Shown here: one piece after another, positions 1-12,109 of the stretch
How the letters are laid out: the number at the start of each line of letters is the position of its first letter
Numbering within the stretch: position 1 is the first letter of the stretch
From: the human T2T-CHM13v2.0 reference genome, Homo sapiens
Assembly: GCF_009914755.1 (NCBI RefSeq)
Contig: NC_060947.1
Direction: 5' to 3' (one strand)
Length of the DNA stretch: 64,000 nucleotides
The notes under the pieces: model-generated
The model's database searches: none
Told to the model about the DNA's origin: nothing
What the model saw: the letters and a program-made list of their open reading frames with translations, nothing else
Translations under genes and position numbers: made by a program

Positions 1-79
1 GTTTTGGGCCCCACACTTGAACTGGGCTGGGTAAAACCTGGCATATGCAGAAAAAAACTACTAGATGGATGGAGAGGAG

Positions 80-270
80 AAAAATGTGAAAGAACTGTTC
101 AGCGTGGAGAAGAGCGGATTCCTGGTGGAGCATGGCCATCCTCTTGAGGTCTCTGAAAGTCTGTCCTGTGGAGGAGGACCCACAGCTTGCCAACTCCTGG
201 GCCCTAGAAGGAAACCCTAAGATGAATCATCAGGATGCAAGTTGGAGGAAACAATTGGCTGCCTGAGGGG
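80..270 (+). mobile_element. L3/CR1 LINE 3' fragment (ancient)
   Basis: gaaagaactgttcagcgtggagaagag...ctgaaagtctgtcctgtggaggagga...ggccctagaagg resembles the L3 ORF2 C-terminal region (GAAGGAACTG..TTTAGCCTGGAGAAGAG..CTGAAGGGCTGTCATGTGGAAGAGGG). Confidence 0.55.
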
Positions 271-829
271 TGGGTTTTGTCAACATAAAAATGTGTCTTC
301 TGTGCTCCCTGCTCCCAATAACACAATGGACTTCACAAAGGCATTCTAGCTGTGAGTACGAAGAAGCATTTCCAGGTGACTGGAGGAGCAGGTGTCAAGG
401 ATTCTGCAGCTGGAGACCTCAGGGTTTGAGAAGCCTTTTTCTTACACTCCTGCTCATTTACTTTTTAAGTTGGTCATTCATTCACTCATTCATTCACTGA
501 CAAGCCATTCCTAAGAACTGAAGAAGACCCAGGCCCTATCAACAAGGGGCTTCAGGGTTCGAGGGCTTCCTGCAGCCACAGATGATTCCTGAGGTATGCA
601 TTCATTAAGATGCACACTGGAAGCAGAGAAGCCTTTTGCAGAGTGCTGTCCCTCTGCTACTAGCCCCTTGTCCTGGAGGTGGAGGTCATGTTCAGTAGAG
701 CTGACCCAGCCTGAGAAGGTCGTAAAGCCCCAAGGGAACCATGCTCAACATTGTGCCTGGCACTGAGCCATAGCCTAAGCATCATTCAGACTGTGGTGTT
801 TGCTGCATCTCCTTCCTGCCTGTTGCCAG

Positions 830-909
830 AATTGTAGTGGCATTTGGTGGCACCACAGGCAGCAGAAACATCAAGGATCCCTCCCTCAAGGAGGTGTGAT
901 TCACCAAAG
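830..909 (+). other. candidate 80-nt exon (probably non-coding transcript)
   Basis: Acceptor gtttgctgcatctccttcctgcctgttgccag (AG 828-829) and donor aag|gtgaga (GT 910-911). No expression data. Confidence 0.3.
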
Positions 910-1026
910 GTGAGAATAGCCAGATTACAATGCTGCAAAAGCCTTAGAGATAAACTTGCCAATTAGTATGGAAAAGAATGAGGTCCCAAAGGCTTCAGAA
1001 CCCTGTGTTTGTCTCTTCTCTTTCAG

Positions 1027-1515
1027 AGCAGCAAAAATTTTGGAGGCAGCCTGGGGTCCCTCCTGAAGCAGAAGAGCCACAACAGGCACTTTGGGATGGA
1101 GCTGTCGAGCCACAGCATAAGCCCCCGCACTCACAAATCGACTGGCAAATTCATCCACTGTGGTAGAGATGGATTTGTTTCCCAGGGACACTAGAGGAAT
1201 GCACAAATATGAAGCCTGCATGTCAGTCCCCCTTCCCACAGGGTTCTGTGCTGCTCCCTTCCACCTAACAGGGGTCTGGGTTAGAGTCAGCCACAACTCC
1301 TTACCACATATTTTTCATTTGCTAGCCATTGCCTCGCCCAGGTTGCAAGCCCAGTCTTTTGTCTCTTGTAGTCGGGGTCTCAATTTTGGTATGGGGATAA
1401 CAAGAGAGGAGTTGTGGGAGGTTGCTCTCCTAGAGCTACTGGCTAGCCCAGGGTAACAACAAACTTCACTGGCATCCTTTCTCCTGAGCTGACCTGTGGA
1501 ACTGATGAGCCACAG
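1027..1515 (+). other. candidate exon after a 117-nt intron
   Basis: Strong acceptor tgtgtttgtctcttctctttcag (AG 1025-1026). First strong donor cag|gtgagc at 1516; 3' boundary uncertain. Confidence 0.25.
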
Positions 1516-1639
1516 GTGAGCTTGGGCACATCGCCACAAAGGCAAAGCTGATTTCTCCATGGCTGGGGTCCCTATACTGGGATGCCCTGGCTGGATTAGC
1601 TGCCACCAGCTGCTCGAAGGTGGATTCGCATTTCTGCCC

Positions 1640-2215
1640 CTACTGCAGAGGCCATTTATCATAGTGATGATAGATATTTAATCTGTAGCCTGAGCTGCAA
1701 GCACAGTGATAACTGTAGACAGAGGAAAGGTGAGATTCGTAGTCTGTGTTAATGGGGCTGCCTTTATCATGGCCAAATAAATAATGAAAGAAGATGATAA
1801 CAATGGTGCCTTTATGATCACCATGAAAAGCTCTTACTGCTTCAGGGTTCTGCACTGTGCTGGGCCGCATTTAAAAAGAAGGCAGGCAGAAAGCAAGCAG
1901 GCAAAGGGGCTGGGCAGGGCATCAGGCCAGGGACAGGGCGGAGGTCCCCCTATTGGCCTTAGTAAGTATGGCTGCAGCCAACCCTCCATTCTTACCAGTG
2001 CCATCGCGACCACCTTTACCACCAGGGCCTCCCCACACCCAAGATCACATACCTGGGTTTTCAGGGTCTTCCTAAAGGACTCCCAAGTCTCCTGTTGACA
2101 AAGGATAAGAGAATGGCCACCAATAAATGTTCAGATGATTTAATGGCTTTCCGTGGGATTATTTGAGACAAAACAAACTGGGTGGGGTATGAGTCATGGA
2201 GCCAATCAGGTTCTG
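1640..2215. promoter_or_regulatory. candidate enhancer/promoter-like unique block
   Basis: Non-repetitive. TGATAAAT (rc, within 1652-1661), AACAATGG 1799-1806, GC box 1936-1944, CCAATAAA 2120-2127, TGATTTAATGG 2136-2146, AP-1 TGAGTCA 2190-2196, AGCCAATCAG 2200-2209. Confidence 0.4.
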
Positions 2216-3719
2216 CCTTTCATAGTAGATGTCGGGGAGACAGACTCAAAGCTGCTTCTGGAGCACCGGAGTTCTCTTTACATAGGACACCCGTCTAAAG
2301 TTTTAGAAGCTAGCTGAGTGGAGTGACCACTTCAGAACATTTACTAAGACCTCCAACATTTCTTCTCCTCTCTTCTTTACTGCTTTAGAACAAGAAGAGA
2401 GGCAAGAGAGCAAGCAGTCATGGCAAAGAACCCCTAGATGTAATAGGCTCTCGGGGATGCCAAATAAAGTTATCCCCTGAATTACACAGCCAGCTGCTAA
2501 AGGGAGGGCAAATGTTGGCAGGTTGTCTGGGAATATAACTTGATACAAAACTTCTGGAAGGCCTTAAGGCTACCACACACAACTCCACAGGACGTTCTAC
2601 TCAAGCCCGGCTATGTAATTTGCTTGGTGGAAAATAGTAGAAGGTTTGTGAGTGGAGCGCTACCTTTATTTGTCCACTTGCATTTGGAAAACTGTCTCTT
2701 TAGAAACACCAAGACTAATATATATTTGTGTTAACCTGTTTAAATCAGGGTCATAACGGTTCTGGAGTAAGTGGCTTTCAAATTCCAGTTCAATCTTGAA
2801 ATTCTTGCATTGTATTTTGTGATAATAGTCTTATGGATAAATGGAAATGCAGGCTACATTTTCTTCAATGCAGTTAGTAACATTTGTGAGAAGCCAAGCT
2901 ATTTGGACCATGAGGCAGCAACCCAAGCACCATGATTTCCTCCAAGTTTATTTAACTTGGGACAAAGTACTGGGCAGTACTCCACTGTTTCTGATATGTG
3001 CATCTTGCAGATTGAAATTTTGGCTGAGAGGGTCAAGAGCTTGGCTGACACCCTCGCACAGGGCTTGCCTCTCAGTGGGCCCATGGAGACAGTCGGTGAA
3101 TATGTAGGTGAATGAATGCCCACATCCTTCTCCCCAGCCATTTTCCTTCCTAGGAAGTCTGACGATTTCTCTAAACATCTTCACCTCTATCTGCCATCAT
3201 GTTCAGATTAGCTTCGGACTTTCATGGACAAGCCTGGTGGAGATGGCAGGAAGATCCAAACTCTGTGTTTAGGTAATCATCTCACTCTTTTTGCAGTATT
3301 TCTTTTTATCCAAATTGCTTTCTTGCCGGCGCTTCTGCTCCTTCTCTCTCATTCAAGGTTCTTTGAATCCTTTACCCTCAGATTTGTGCCATGCTTGCAA
3401 TTGATGGTGAACATAGGCTCCTGGCTCTAGCATTCCTTGATCCTACAGACTGCCATCTCAGCGTGGCCAGCAAGGCCAGATGGCAGGTCTGAGATCTCAC
3501 ACCTGGATGAGCAAGAGCTGGCACTGTCCCCCTGCTCGTCTCTCAACTGCCACTCTCTACATGACAGGCTCACAAACACTCTCTGCTTAGGACCCATCTT
3601 AGATCCAAAGGGCCTTCAACGTAAAGGATTCCAGGTATCTGGTGTCTGGTCCTAGCTGCATCTCCCATTGACATTTCTCACATCCTCAAGCCTACAGAGG
3701 CTCTCCCCCAAGGACAGCT

Positions 3720-3890
3720 TTTATCTTCCAGGCTTTTTGTTTTTGCATCTGCCTTCTCTTCCACTTAGAATGCTATCTTCCAAATCTATTAACAGGGTTA
3801 ACTTAGAATACCCTCTTCCAAACCTATTAACAAAGCTTTTAAAATCTCAGCTCAAGTAACAATTTCTCCTTGAAGCCTTCCCTCCTCCTT
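3720..3890 (+). mobile_element. L2 fragment
   Basis: cttagaatgctatcttcc...tctcagctcaagtaacaatttctccttgaagccttccct matches the L2 3' region. Confidence 0.5.
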
Positions 3891-3901
3891 GATGAATTCA
3901 A

Positions 3902-4055
3902 AGAATCATCAAGCTGGAAGAAGCCTCTGAACTTATCTAATCCAATACCCCATTATATAGATGGGAAAACTGAAGCCCAGGGAGGGTCAGTGCATGCCCA
4001 ACCTTGCAGAGCACATCAGTAGTGCAGCTGGGACCTAATTGCCGCTCTCCTGACA
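3902..4055 (-). mobile_element. MIR3-type SINE
   Basis: Reverse-complement MIR core cccattatatagatgggaaaactgaagcccag, plus MIR3/L3-type tail gaatcatcaagctggaagaagcctctgaacttatctaatccaa. Confidence 0.75.
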
Positions 4056-4169
4056 TTTACATTGTCTCATTCTGCTCCCTCCTCCTCACCTGGCTGTCAG
4101 TTGTCGCTAAGCAGTAGAAATAAAGCAAACACACAGAAACCCTCACTTCTCAGAAAGATTAGAGGAAAT

Positions 4170-4315
4170 ATTGGAATAAAACATTTCAAAATATTAACCG
4201 TGGCTATCTTTGGGTGGTTGGAAATTGGATGACATTTTCTACTTCTTTTTCTTATTTGGAATAATTCAAGTGTTCCTAATGAGCATATATTGCTGGTAAA
4301 ATGGAGAAAGTCAAT
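4170..4315 (+). mobile_element. old L1ME-type 3' end fragment
   Basis: aaaatattaaccgtggctatctttgggtggttggaaattggatgacattttctacttc is typical of L1ME 3' termini. Confidence 0.5.
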
Positions 4316-6569
4316 ACATATGCAAAGAAAGGTGGGGAGGAAAAGGAGGAGGAGGAGAAGAATGAAAAAAGAGAGACAATGCCTTGCAAAGCCAGTGTGG
4401 TGTGTGGGGATTTGGAGAGCCCAATGCTGCCTTAGAAGGCCCTGGACATCCCTTGTGGATGGAGGAAGTAAGCCAGCTCTTCTCCTTTGGATTAAGAAGC
4501 ACGTAGCTCTCACACGGGCCCTAGCTCCAGCAGCAGCAAAAACCAAAACAAAACAAACAAAAAAAAAACTGTGTCCCATGGGAGAGGTTGCCTATCCAAG
4601 AATTACTGATCTCCTGACCTACATCTACAGTGGTGACTTCACACTTCATCTTCATAGGTTTCTGGGATTACTAGGATCCCTTGCTGACATTGAGCCATCT
4701 CATACTCATTGCTGGATTCTGGGCTGCGGGCTGTGGAGCGAGTGTGATAGAAATAGGAATCAGATGCATTTGCTGGCCTGGAGGGGCTCTCAGCTACGTG
4801 AAGGACACAGATGCGCATGTAAATAAGGCAAAGGCCGGATGGAGGTGGCTCTCGAATCCCATACCAGATGCCTGGGGAATGACATCGAGCCCTGCCTGGG
4901 AAACACAGCTGTCCTCATAGGACAGTATTGCAGCAGCTGCTTTCATGGCGCTAAAATCCGCTCAGCTCCTGCCTGCTGAGCTTGGCTTGGCTCGGTTGGG
5001 CCCTTACAGCCAAATGTAGGCCCTCTGCAGAAGAGGTCTGCATTCCGGCCCTGAGGCCTCATCTCCCCAGCAGTCTACTCCCACTGTCAAGGATGAAAGA
5101 GGGCCTGGGTCTGCAGAACAGCCTCTGTGTAAAAAGCTCACATAAACAAGCTGAGTGGCCTCGGGAAGCCTGAAGTGGCCTTGGCCCAGCTCTAGTGCTC
5201 ATTTGTGCCCCTTCTCTCCAGTCTGTGCACTCCACCCACCCTCTGCTCCCACAGGCATGTCTGCTACAAAGCCGAGTTCACATTCCTTTCCTCCCGTCCT
5301 CTCTCCTCTTCCTGCCTCAGTGGCTCTTACAGCCCTGCCACCTTTCTCCCACTCCCAAGAGTGAGGCCCTCTAGCAGGCTGGCAAGCAGTGTGCACAAGC
5401 CCACATTCTGCTTCTGAAAACCAGGGCAGAGCAGCTCTTTGAAACTGCTCTGCACTGCCCTGCCTGTGTCATATCCCTGGGCCCCCTGGATGCTCAGGGC
5501 TAGTGCATACATATGCCTTTAGGTCCAAGAGCATTGGGAAATGGGACTGTCAGGACAGCAGCCCCGGGCAACTAGAAAGTGGAATGGAGGGAGGGTAGTC
5601 GCAGTCTGATTCCACGAGATATCAGAACTGCCCCTGCCCAGGGACTGTCTCAGAGCAAAGGGTGTGTTTCCCACTGAGACCGAGCTCCCTGCCTGGGAGT
5701 CAAAGGGAGTAGAGAAATGGAGAATCTCTATGCCAGGGGCTGAGTTCAGGGGAGAGGGCACTAAAGTTCCATGGGAAGCTAGTATTGGAGCTGTCTCTTG
5801 GAGAGTGCTTGGGCTTTCCAGAGAGGGTAAAGGGCCTTGGAGAGCAAAGGTTTCTGGGCCCAAGGGCTTCAGCGCAGCTAGCTTGTCAGGTACAGCTGTA
5901 GGAGGAGCACTGAAATGGCCTGTCAGGTTGAGTATTTGCGGCTTCCATTGCCAGGCCTTGTAGGCAAAACTGGGGTGCTCCACCCCTCCCGTAACTGTGG
6001 CCTGAAGACACAGGATGCACAGATGAGGGGCCATCCCTATGCACTCCTCCTAGACACCATCTTTGTTCTCTGGTGTCTTTAGGTGGCATGAAATGATAAG
6101 CCCTGATGGTTTCATTCAAGTTCCATGAGTTTGTCAGCTTCCGGGCACAAAACACAATATTTACTGTGCAGGCACTGAGCCAGAGTGGTGGGTGTGTGTT
6201 TTCTGCCTCTGGAAGTGCACCTTCCACTTGGTTTTGGATTAATTAGGCTCTTAAAGACGTGTGGATGGAGCTGACTTGCATACCTGAGGGCAGGGCTTTT
6301 CTTCACAAGCCACTGTGCCACATGGCAAACCCACTCTCATGGACGGGAGGGAAAGCCCCAGCTTCCCGAGGGTCCCCAAAGGCATCGGTTGGGCTTAGGA
6401 CCATAGAAACAGGGAGCATGGCCTCCTGGCTTGGCTCACTTGGAGCCAGCACTCTGAAACATGTTGCTCTTTTTAGAGCACTGAGATGTGGGAGGAAGAG
6501 GGAGAAAAAGAAATGACTTGCTCTTCACTAGGGGGTGCGACTTGGGGATCACATTTTCATCGAGGCTTC

Positions 6570-6940
6570 TGTTATGAATTTTGCCCTTGCAAAATTCATA
6601 AGTTGAAGTCCTAACTTCCAGTATCTCAGAATGTTGACTGTATTTGGAGATAGGCCTTTACAGAGGTAATTAAATTAAAAGAGGGTCATATGGGTGGGCC
6701 CTAATCCAAAAGGACTGGTATCCTTATAAGAAGAGATTAGGACATAGACACACATAGAGATGACCATATGAGGACACAGGGAGAAGACTCCATCTTATAA
6801 GCCAAGGAGAGATGCTTCAGGAGAAACTAACCCTGCCCACACCTTAATCTCAGACTTCTAGCCTCCAAAACTATGAGAAAATACACTTCTGTTGTTTAAG
6901 ACCCCAGTCTTTATTATGGCAGCCAGAGGAAACTAAGGCT
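6570..6940 (+). mobile_element. MLT1A-family MaLR solo LTR
   Basis: tgttatg...aaaattcata.gttgaagtcctaac...gggccctaatccaa...ttctgttgtttaag...ggcagcc; 5-bp TSD gcttc at 6565-6569 and 6941-6945. Confidence 0.9.
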
Positions 6941-7124
6941 GCTTCTCTGCTGTTAGGAAGCCTAAGACTCACAGGACAACTGGTTAAAATGCAGATTCAC
7001 GAGCTCACCCTCAATTGATGTTATTTAGGAAGCCTGATACACCACCAATTCCTCTTGCTCAAGAAACTCTGCAGAGTATCCATCCGAAGGATGGGGGCCC
7101 TGGGCCACGCTTTGAGAAACCAGG

Positions 7125-7310
7125 ACTAGAATATTGGACTTAGACTCAAAAGTACTGGGTTCGAGACCCAACACTGGGCTTATTCACTCTGGGAGCTTGG
7201 TCAAGTGAGGTTGCTTTTTGGGCTTCAATTTCTTCCCATATGGAATGGGGTTGATAGTGTCTTTCATGCCTTGCTCACAGGGCTGCTGATGAACATGTAT
7301 ATATGTGAAA
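7125..7310 (+). mobile_element. MIR SINE
   Basis: ctgggttcgagaccc...cttggtcaagt...gcttcaatttcttcccatatggaatgggg...ctcacagggctgctg follows the MIR consensus. Confidence 0.65.
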
Positions 7311-7349
7311 GGAAAGGCTTTGGCTTCCTCTCAGGGGTCCAGGAATGGT

Positions 7350-7684
7350 TTATTTGTCAGCTTGAGCTGCTGAGCTACCATAACAAAATACAATAAACTT
7401 AGGGGCTTAAAGAACAGCTGCCTTCTTGCTGTGTTCTCACATGCTTCGGTGGGGTGGTGGGGGCTGGGGGGTGGAGGGGGGGAGAGAGAGAGAGAGAGAG
7501 AGAGAAATACAAACTCCCCGTCTTGTAAGGACACTAATCCCATCATGAGGGCCCACACTCTCAGGACCTCATCTAACCCCAATTACCTCCCAAAGGCCCC
7601 ACCTCCAAATACCATCACATTGGTGGGTAAGACTTCAACATAGGAATTTGGGCGGCAGCGGGGGACACTGTTCAGTCCATCCCA
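7350..7684 (-). mobile_element. MLT1A/MST-family MaLR solo LTR, internally deleted, with (GA)n
   Basis: ccataacaaaatac...gtaaggacactaatcccatcatgagggccc...ccccacctccaaataccatcacattgg...ttcagtccat; (GA)n at about 7482-7505. Confidence 0.85.
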
Positions 7685-8039
7685 GGTGGCAATGATGCCA
7701 ATATGCTTGCAAGTCAAACTTAGACCCTATATGCGACTCCCTAGATCTCTGAGACCCAGGGCCCTCCATTTCAAGTTACTGAACTGTGAAATAAACCTCG
7801 AGGCCTTGTTCCTTCTTTGAGGATTCTCACCCTTTCTGAGCAGAGGTGCTCTGTGGCCTAGTGGCCCCAGGATGAGGGAAAAGGAGATGGGGGCAGGGGA
7901 GTAGCTGGGGGATCATCAGGCCTTCCTCCTGTGGACAGGCCAGGCTAGTAAAACTCTTCTGGTTATACTCAAATGTGCCGGGGCCTCTTTGGGCCCTCCC
8001 TGCTCCGGCACCATGCCCTTGTAGAGGGCAGTCTCAGCA

Positions 8040-8225
8040 TAATGCTTAATCTTCGAAAAGAACAAATCCAACAGCAAATGCCTTGACAGTTAATGTGGCA
8101 TTTTACTGAAGGTTTCAAGGAGAGACAGGGAGATATATATCACCAAGCAAAATTTATTAAATGCCCTCTTTCAACATCTTGGCTTTTTTCTTAAAATTTA
8201 TCTTCAATGGCAGCTGCCTCAATTC
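8040..8225. promoter_or_regulatory. candidate conserved non-coding element
   Basis: Unique AT-rich island with TGACAG 8084-8089 next to TAATG, and TTTATTA 8153-8159. Confidence 0.3.
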
Positions 8226-8920
8226 TTCTCTCTCCCCCAACCCTGTCCTCCCCTCAAGATGGGTTTCAGATCAAGGCTTGGAACAGAGTAAGTTCTCAAT
8301 CAGAGACTGCTGCTTTCCCCAGGAAATCTAGGACTCTTGTCTTCCCACGTTGACCACTCATTCATTGCAGCAGTCTCATGCCTCACAGAGTTTGCAGAGC
8401 AGCCTTACTAGAAGGTTCTCAGTCAGAGATCATTTAGGCCAGCTTTTCATGTTACAGAGGGGAGAACTGAGGCCCAGGAGTGAGAAGGCAGTTTCCTCAT
8501 AACAAGGAGAATAGAGATAAGTAGCAGAGTGAAGTAGGTGTTTGGCTCCCTTTTGTCTCTGCTTAACTTTTGATCTTGAATGAAGTCCTCATCCATCTGC
8601 AGATCACTGTGAAGATGGTGAGCGATGCCACCTGGGCTTTCATTGTCAGTTCAGAGGCCCAAATGTGCTGGTCATAAGCTGTTCATCTCCAGTGTGGAAT
8701 TAGCTCTTCCCTCTCCCAACCCCCAATCCAGCGCTAACCAGATTTCCAATGGTCTCTGAGTGAAATCTGGATAGGCAGGCAGGAGAAAGGAACACTGCTG
8801 AGGTGGCAGGAGAATGAAAGGGGTTTGTTCTGATGGGAAAGTGGACTTGGCAAGAGAGTTGTGGTTTCCTGCTCCAAAGCCATTCTCAGACTCTTGGTTT
8901 CTCTCTTGGAATGGGCTGGC

Positions 8921-9075
8921 GGCATAGTGGGGTAGAAAAAGCCATGGGGTTAGGAGTCTGGAAACCTGGACTCAGGTCCTGGCTTGGCTTCCGCCTCTGA
9001 ACGTGGCCTTGGTCATAGCCCAGCCTCTGCCTGGGCCTCTTTCCTGCCTTCCAAGTGGGGAGAGTCAGACAGAGG
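8921..9075 (+). mobile_element. MIR SINE
   Basis: ggagtctggaaacctggactcaggtcctggc...gtggccttggtca...ctgggcctctttcc matches the MIR head and core. Confidence 0.6.
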
Positions 9076-9266
9076 CCCTGCATAGACTGGGGGTGGCAAT
9101 CTATCACAGGTCCTGCCCATGTGGGCACTGGTGGCCAATCTGCCAGGCCACGCTCTTCTAGACTGCAGTCAGGAGGCAAGATCAGAAGGGACCCGGGCCT
9201 TCCTGCCTGGAAGGGATTTGGGAAAGAAGTTGCCTGATTGGTGCATCTGTAGTCCAACAACACTGA

Positions 9267-9779
<513 letters not shown>

Positions 9780-9919
9780 AGCAGCTCACTTTTTACATGC
9801 ACAGAGCTCCAGCAGCAGGCCTGGCAGAAGGCGGGAACCAGAGAGGAGGCCTCTCACAGGGCTCACGGTACTGAGCTGAGCAATAGGACAGCATCATTGG
9901 CAAAGCCACAGTCGACTCC

Positions 9920-10545
9920 CACTCTGTAACTGGTCTCCCTGCCTCCATTCTTGCTGTGCCCTCAACCCACTCTTGGCTCAGGAGCTAGAGTGATTTTAAA
10001 ATGCAAATCACTTTACTTCCCTGCTCCAACCTCCCATGGCTGCCCATTGCAGGGAGAATAAAATTCACCTTTCCTATCCTGATCTCCAAGGCCCCAAGTG
10101 ACCCAGCCCCACTTAACATGCTAACCTCATCTGGTGCTGTCCTCCCCTCATTCTCCATATGCCAACCTCATGTGCTTTCTTTCCCTCTTTTCCTTAAACA
10201 GACCAAGCTCAGTCCCACTTTAGGGCCTTGGCACTTGCTTTCCTACTTGCTGAGAAAACTCTGCCTCCCAGATTATTATGTGACTGGCTCTTTGTTTGTT
10301 AACCGGTCTCAATTCAAATGTCATTTCCTCAGAGATGCCTTCTTGAAACCAGCCAAACTGAAGAAGCTACAGGGCTATGAGCACTGTGTGTTTGTTTACT
10401 TGCTTATTGTTCATCTTTTCCACTTGAATGTAAGCTCCCCAGGGCCAGGTCATTGTTGTTTTGAACTTCACTGTATTTCCAGTGTCTGACACTTAGCAGG
10501 CACTCACGGAATGCTTAGGGGAGTGAATGAATAATGAATGAATGA
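9920..10545 (+). mobile_element. L2 3' portion
   Basis: ctggtctccctgcctcc...tcaaatgtcatttcctcagag...gaatgtaagctcc..., ending in a (tgaa)n tail. Confidence 0.85.
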
Positions 10546-10679
10546 TGTGTAGAAGTTAACCAGGGAAAGGTAATGGTGAGAAAGGCAACGTGTCCAACCC
10601 GCAGCAGAATTAGCCACTCTGGTCTCTTGGCTCTCATGTTGTGATCACGATGTGTGCTAATGTACCTGCACACATGGCC

Positions 10680-10815
10680 ACCTCTCCCAACAGACACTAA
10701 ACCCCATAAGGCCCAAGATCTTTTCTGTCTTGCTCAGCATTGCATACTTTGTACCTCAATATTCCTGGCACATTGGAGGTCCTCAGTAATCTTTGTTAGG
10801 TGACTGAATGACTAA
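10680..10815 (+). mobile_element. L2 3' terminus
   Basis: cctggcacattggaggtcctcagtaatctttgttaggtgactgaatga. Confidence 0.6.
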
Positions 10816-11329
10816 TCTGTCCTCAATCAATGGAGCATAGAAAGAACCAACACATCTGTCTTTTATAAATGGGAAAACCAAGGCTCAGGGACACTTGTAC
10901 ATGGTAACACCTGAGTCAGGCCAGAATGCAGGTCTTAGCAGCAGGACTATTTTCCTGTAAATGATTTGAAAGTTGGCCCAGCTGAGATGTCTTTTCAAAG
11001 CTGAGTGACTAAACACACCGAAGGCCAATCCATCATTTTGCTTGAAGAAGCCGGGAATCTTGTTATGGAGGCAAAGGGCATACTCGATGAAATGCTACAT
11101 CATCCAGGACTGGATTAGCCTGGACAAGATACAGGAATAGAGGAGCTACATTGAACCCTGGTAAACACCTGCCCTCACTAATAGGGATCCAGGCTTATCT
11201 TCCACTCTGCTAATGCCTCCTCTTCCCAGAAACCCTAGCCAGACGCCCTCATCCTGTGGAAGGTGTTCCTATCTGCTTCAGATGATGGGGTCAGTAACAG
11301 GATTGATGTTTACTGAGAGCTCTGCAGAG

Positions 11330-11545
11330 TTAAGGATTAAAAGAGGCAGACTTTAGAGTCAAAAAGATCTGGGTATGAATCCTATCTTTTCTATTTACAA
11401 AACTTGCCCTTCATCAACTGATTTGCTTCTCTGAACCTCAGTTGCCTCCTTTAAAATTTTGGAGTAATAAGAATAAGATCTATCATGTAGGACTTTTTGT
11501 AAGAATTAGGGGTGATAATGTGAATACCTAGCAAACTGTGCAGCT
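11330..11545 (+). mobile_element. MIR SINE
   Basis: gactttagagtcaaaaagatctgggtatgaatcct...ttctctgaacctcagttgcctc. Confidence 0.7.
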
Positions 11546-12109
11546 TTCTACTCATTCTCTTCTTGGGTCTCTAGGAGTCTGCTCAGTTTGTATTCAAGTG
11601 ATTGCTTATGCTCTTCAAAAACAAAACTGTTGTGATTTCATCTCTATAGTCTCATGGAAGCCCAGTACAGACCTGGGCACAGAGTGGGTGCCCATGCAGG
11701 CTGCCACCCTGTTTGGAGCTCTAATGCTCAATGAGGATAGGCAAAGCTATTGCTAACAGAGGTCTTTACACTTGTGTAAAACACTTGGGTCTTTACATGT
11801 ATGCAGTTGAGGTCAAGGACACCATGCCCACCTCTAAGAGACAGGAAGACCCTGCTTCTGTGCAGGCAGGATGGGCCATGATAATTCAGTCGGCCTCTCG
11901 GCAGTTCCAGTGCATGGAGGCAACCTCAACTCTGGACTCACAGCTCTTCCCAGAAGAGATTCAGAAGGTGTGTTTATGTAGTTACTGACTCTGCTCTTGC
12001 TCTAGCTCCAGTCAGTCGTGATGGCCTAGCCTACTAGTCACCAACTTGATGGCAATGGAGATGGGCCAGGAAGCCATGGATCCTGTGTTCCTAGCTGCCA
12101 GAAGCTGCT

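Noticed and set aside
4097-4826. 178-aa (+) and 160-aa (-) ORFs
   Set aside because: Built from an L1ME tail, purine-rich and A-rich low-complexity tracts. No recognisable protein.
11005-11118. Protein-like short frame (SIILLEEAGNLVMEAKGILDEMLHH)
   Set aside because: Under 40 codons between stops, no good splice sites and no recognised homologue.
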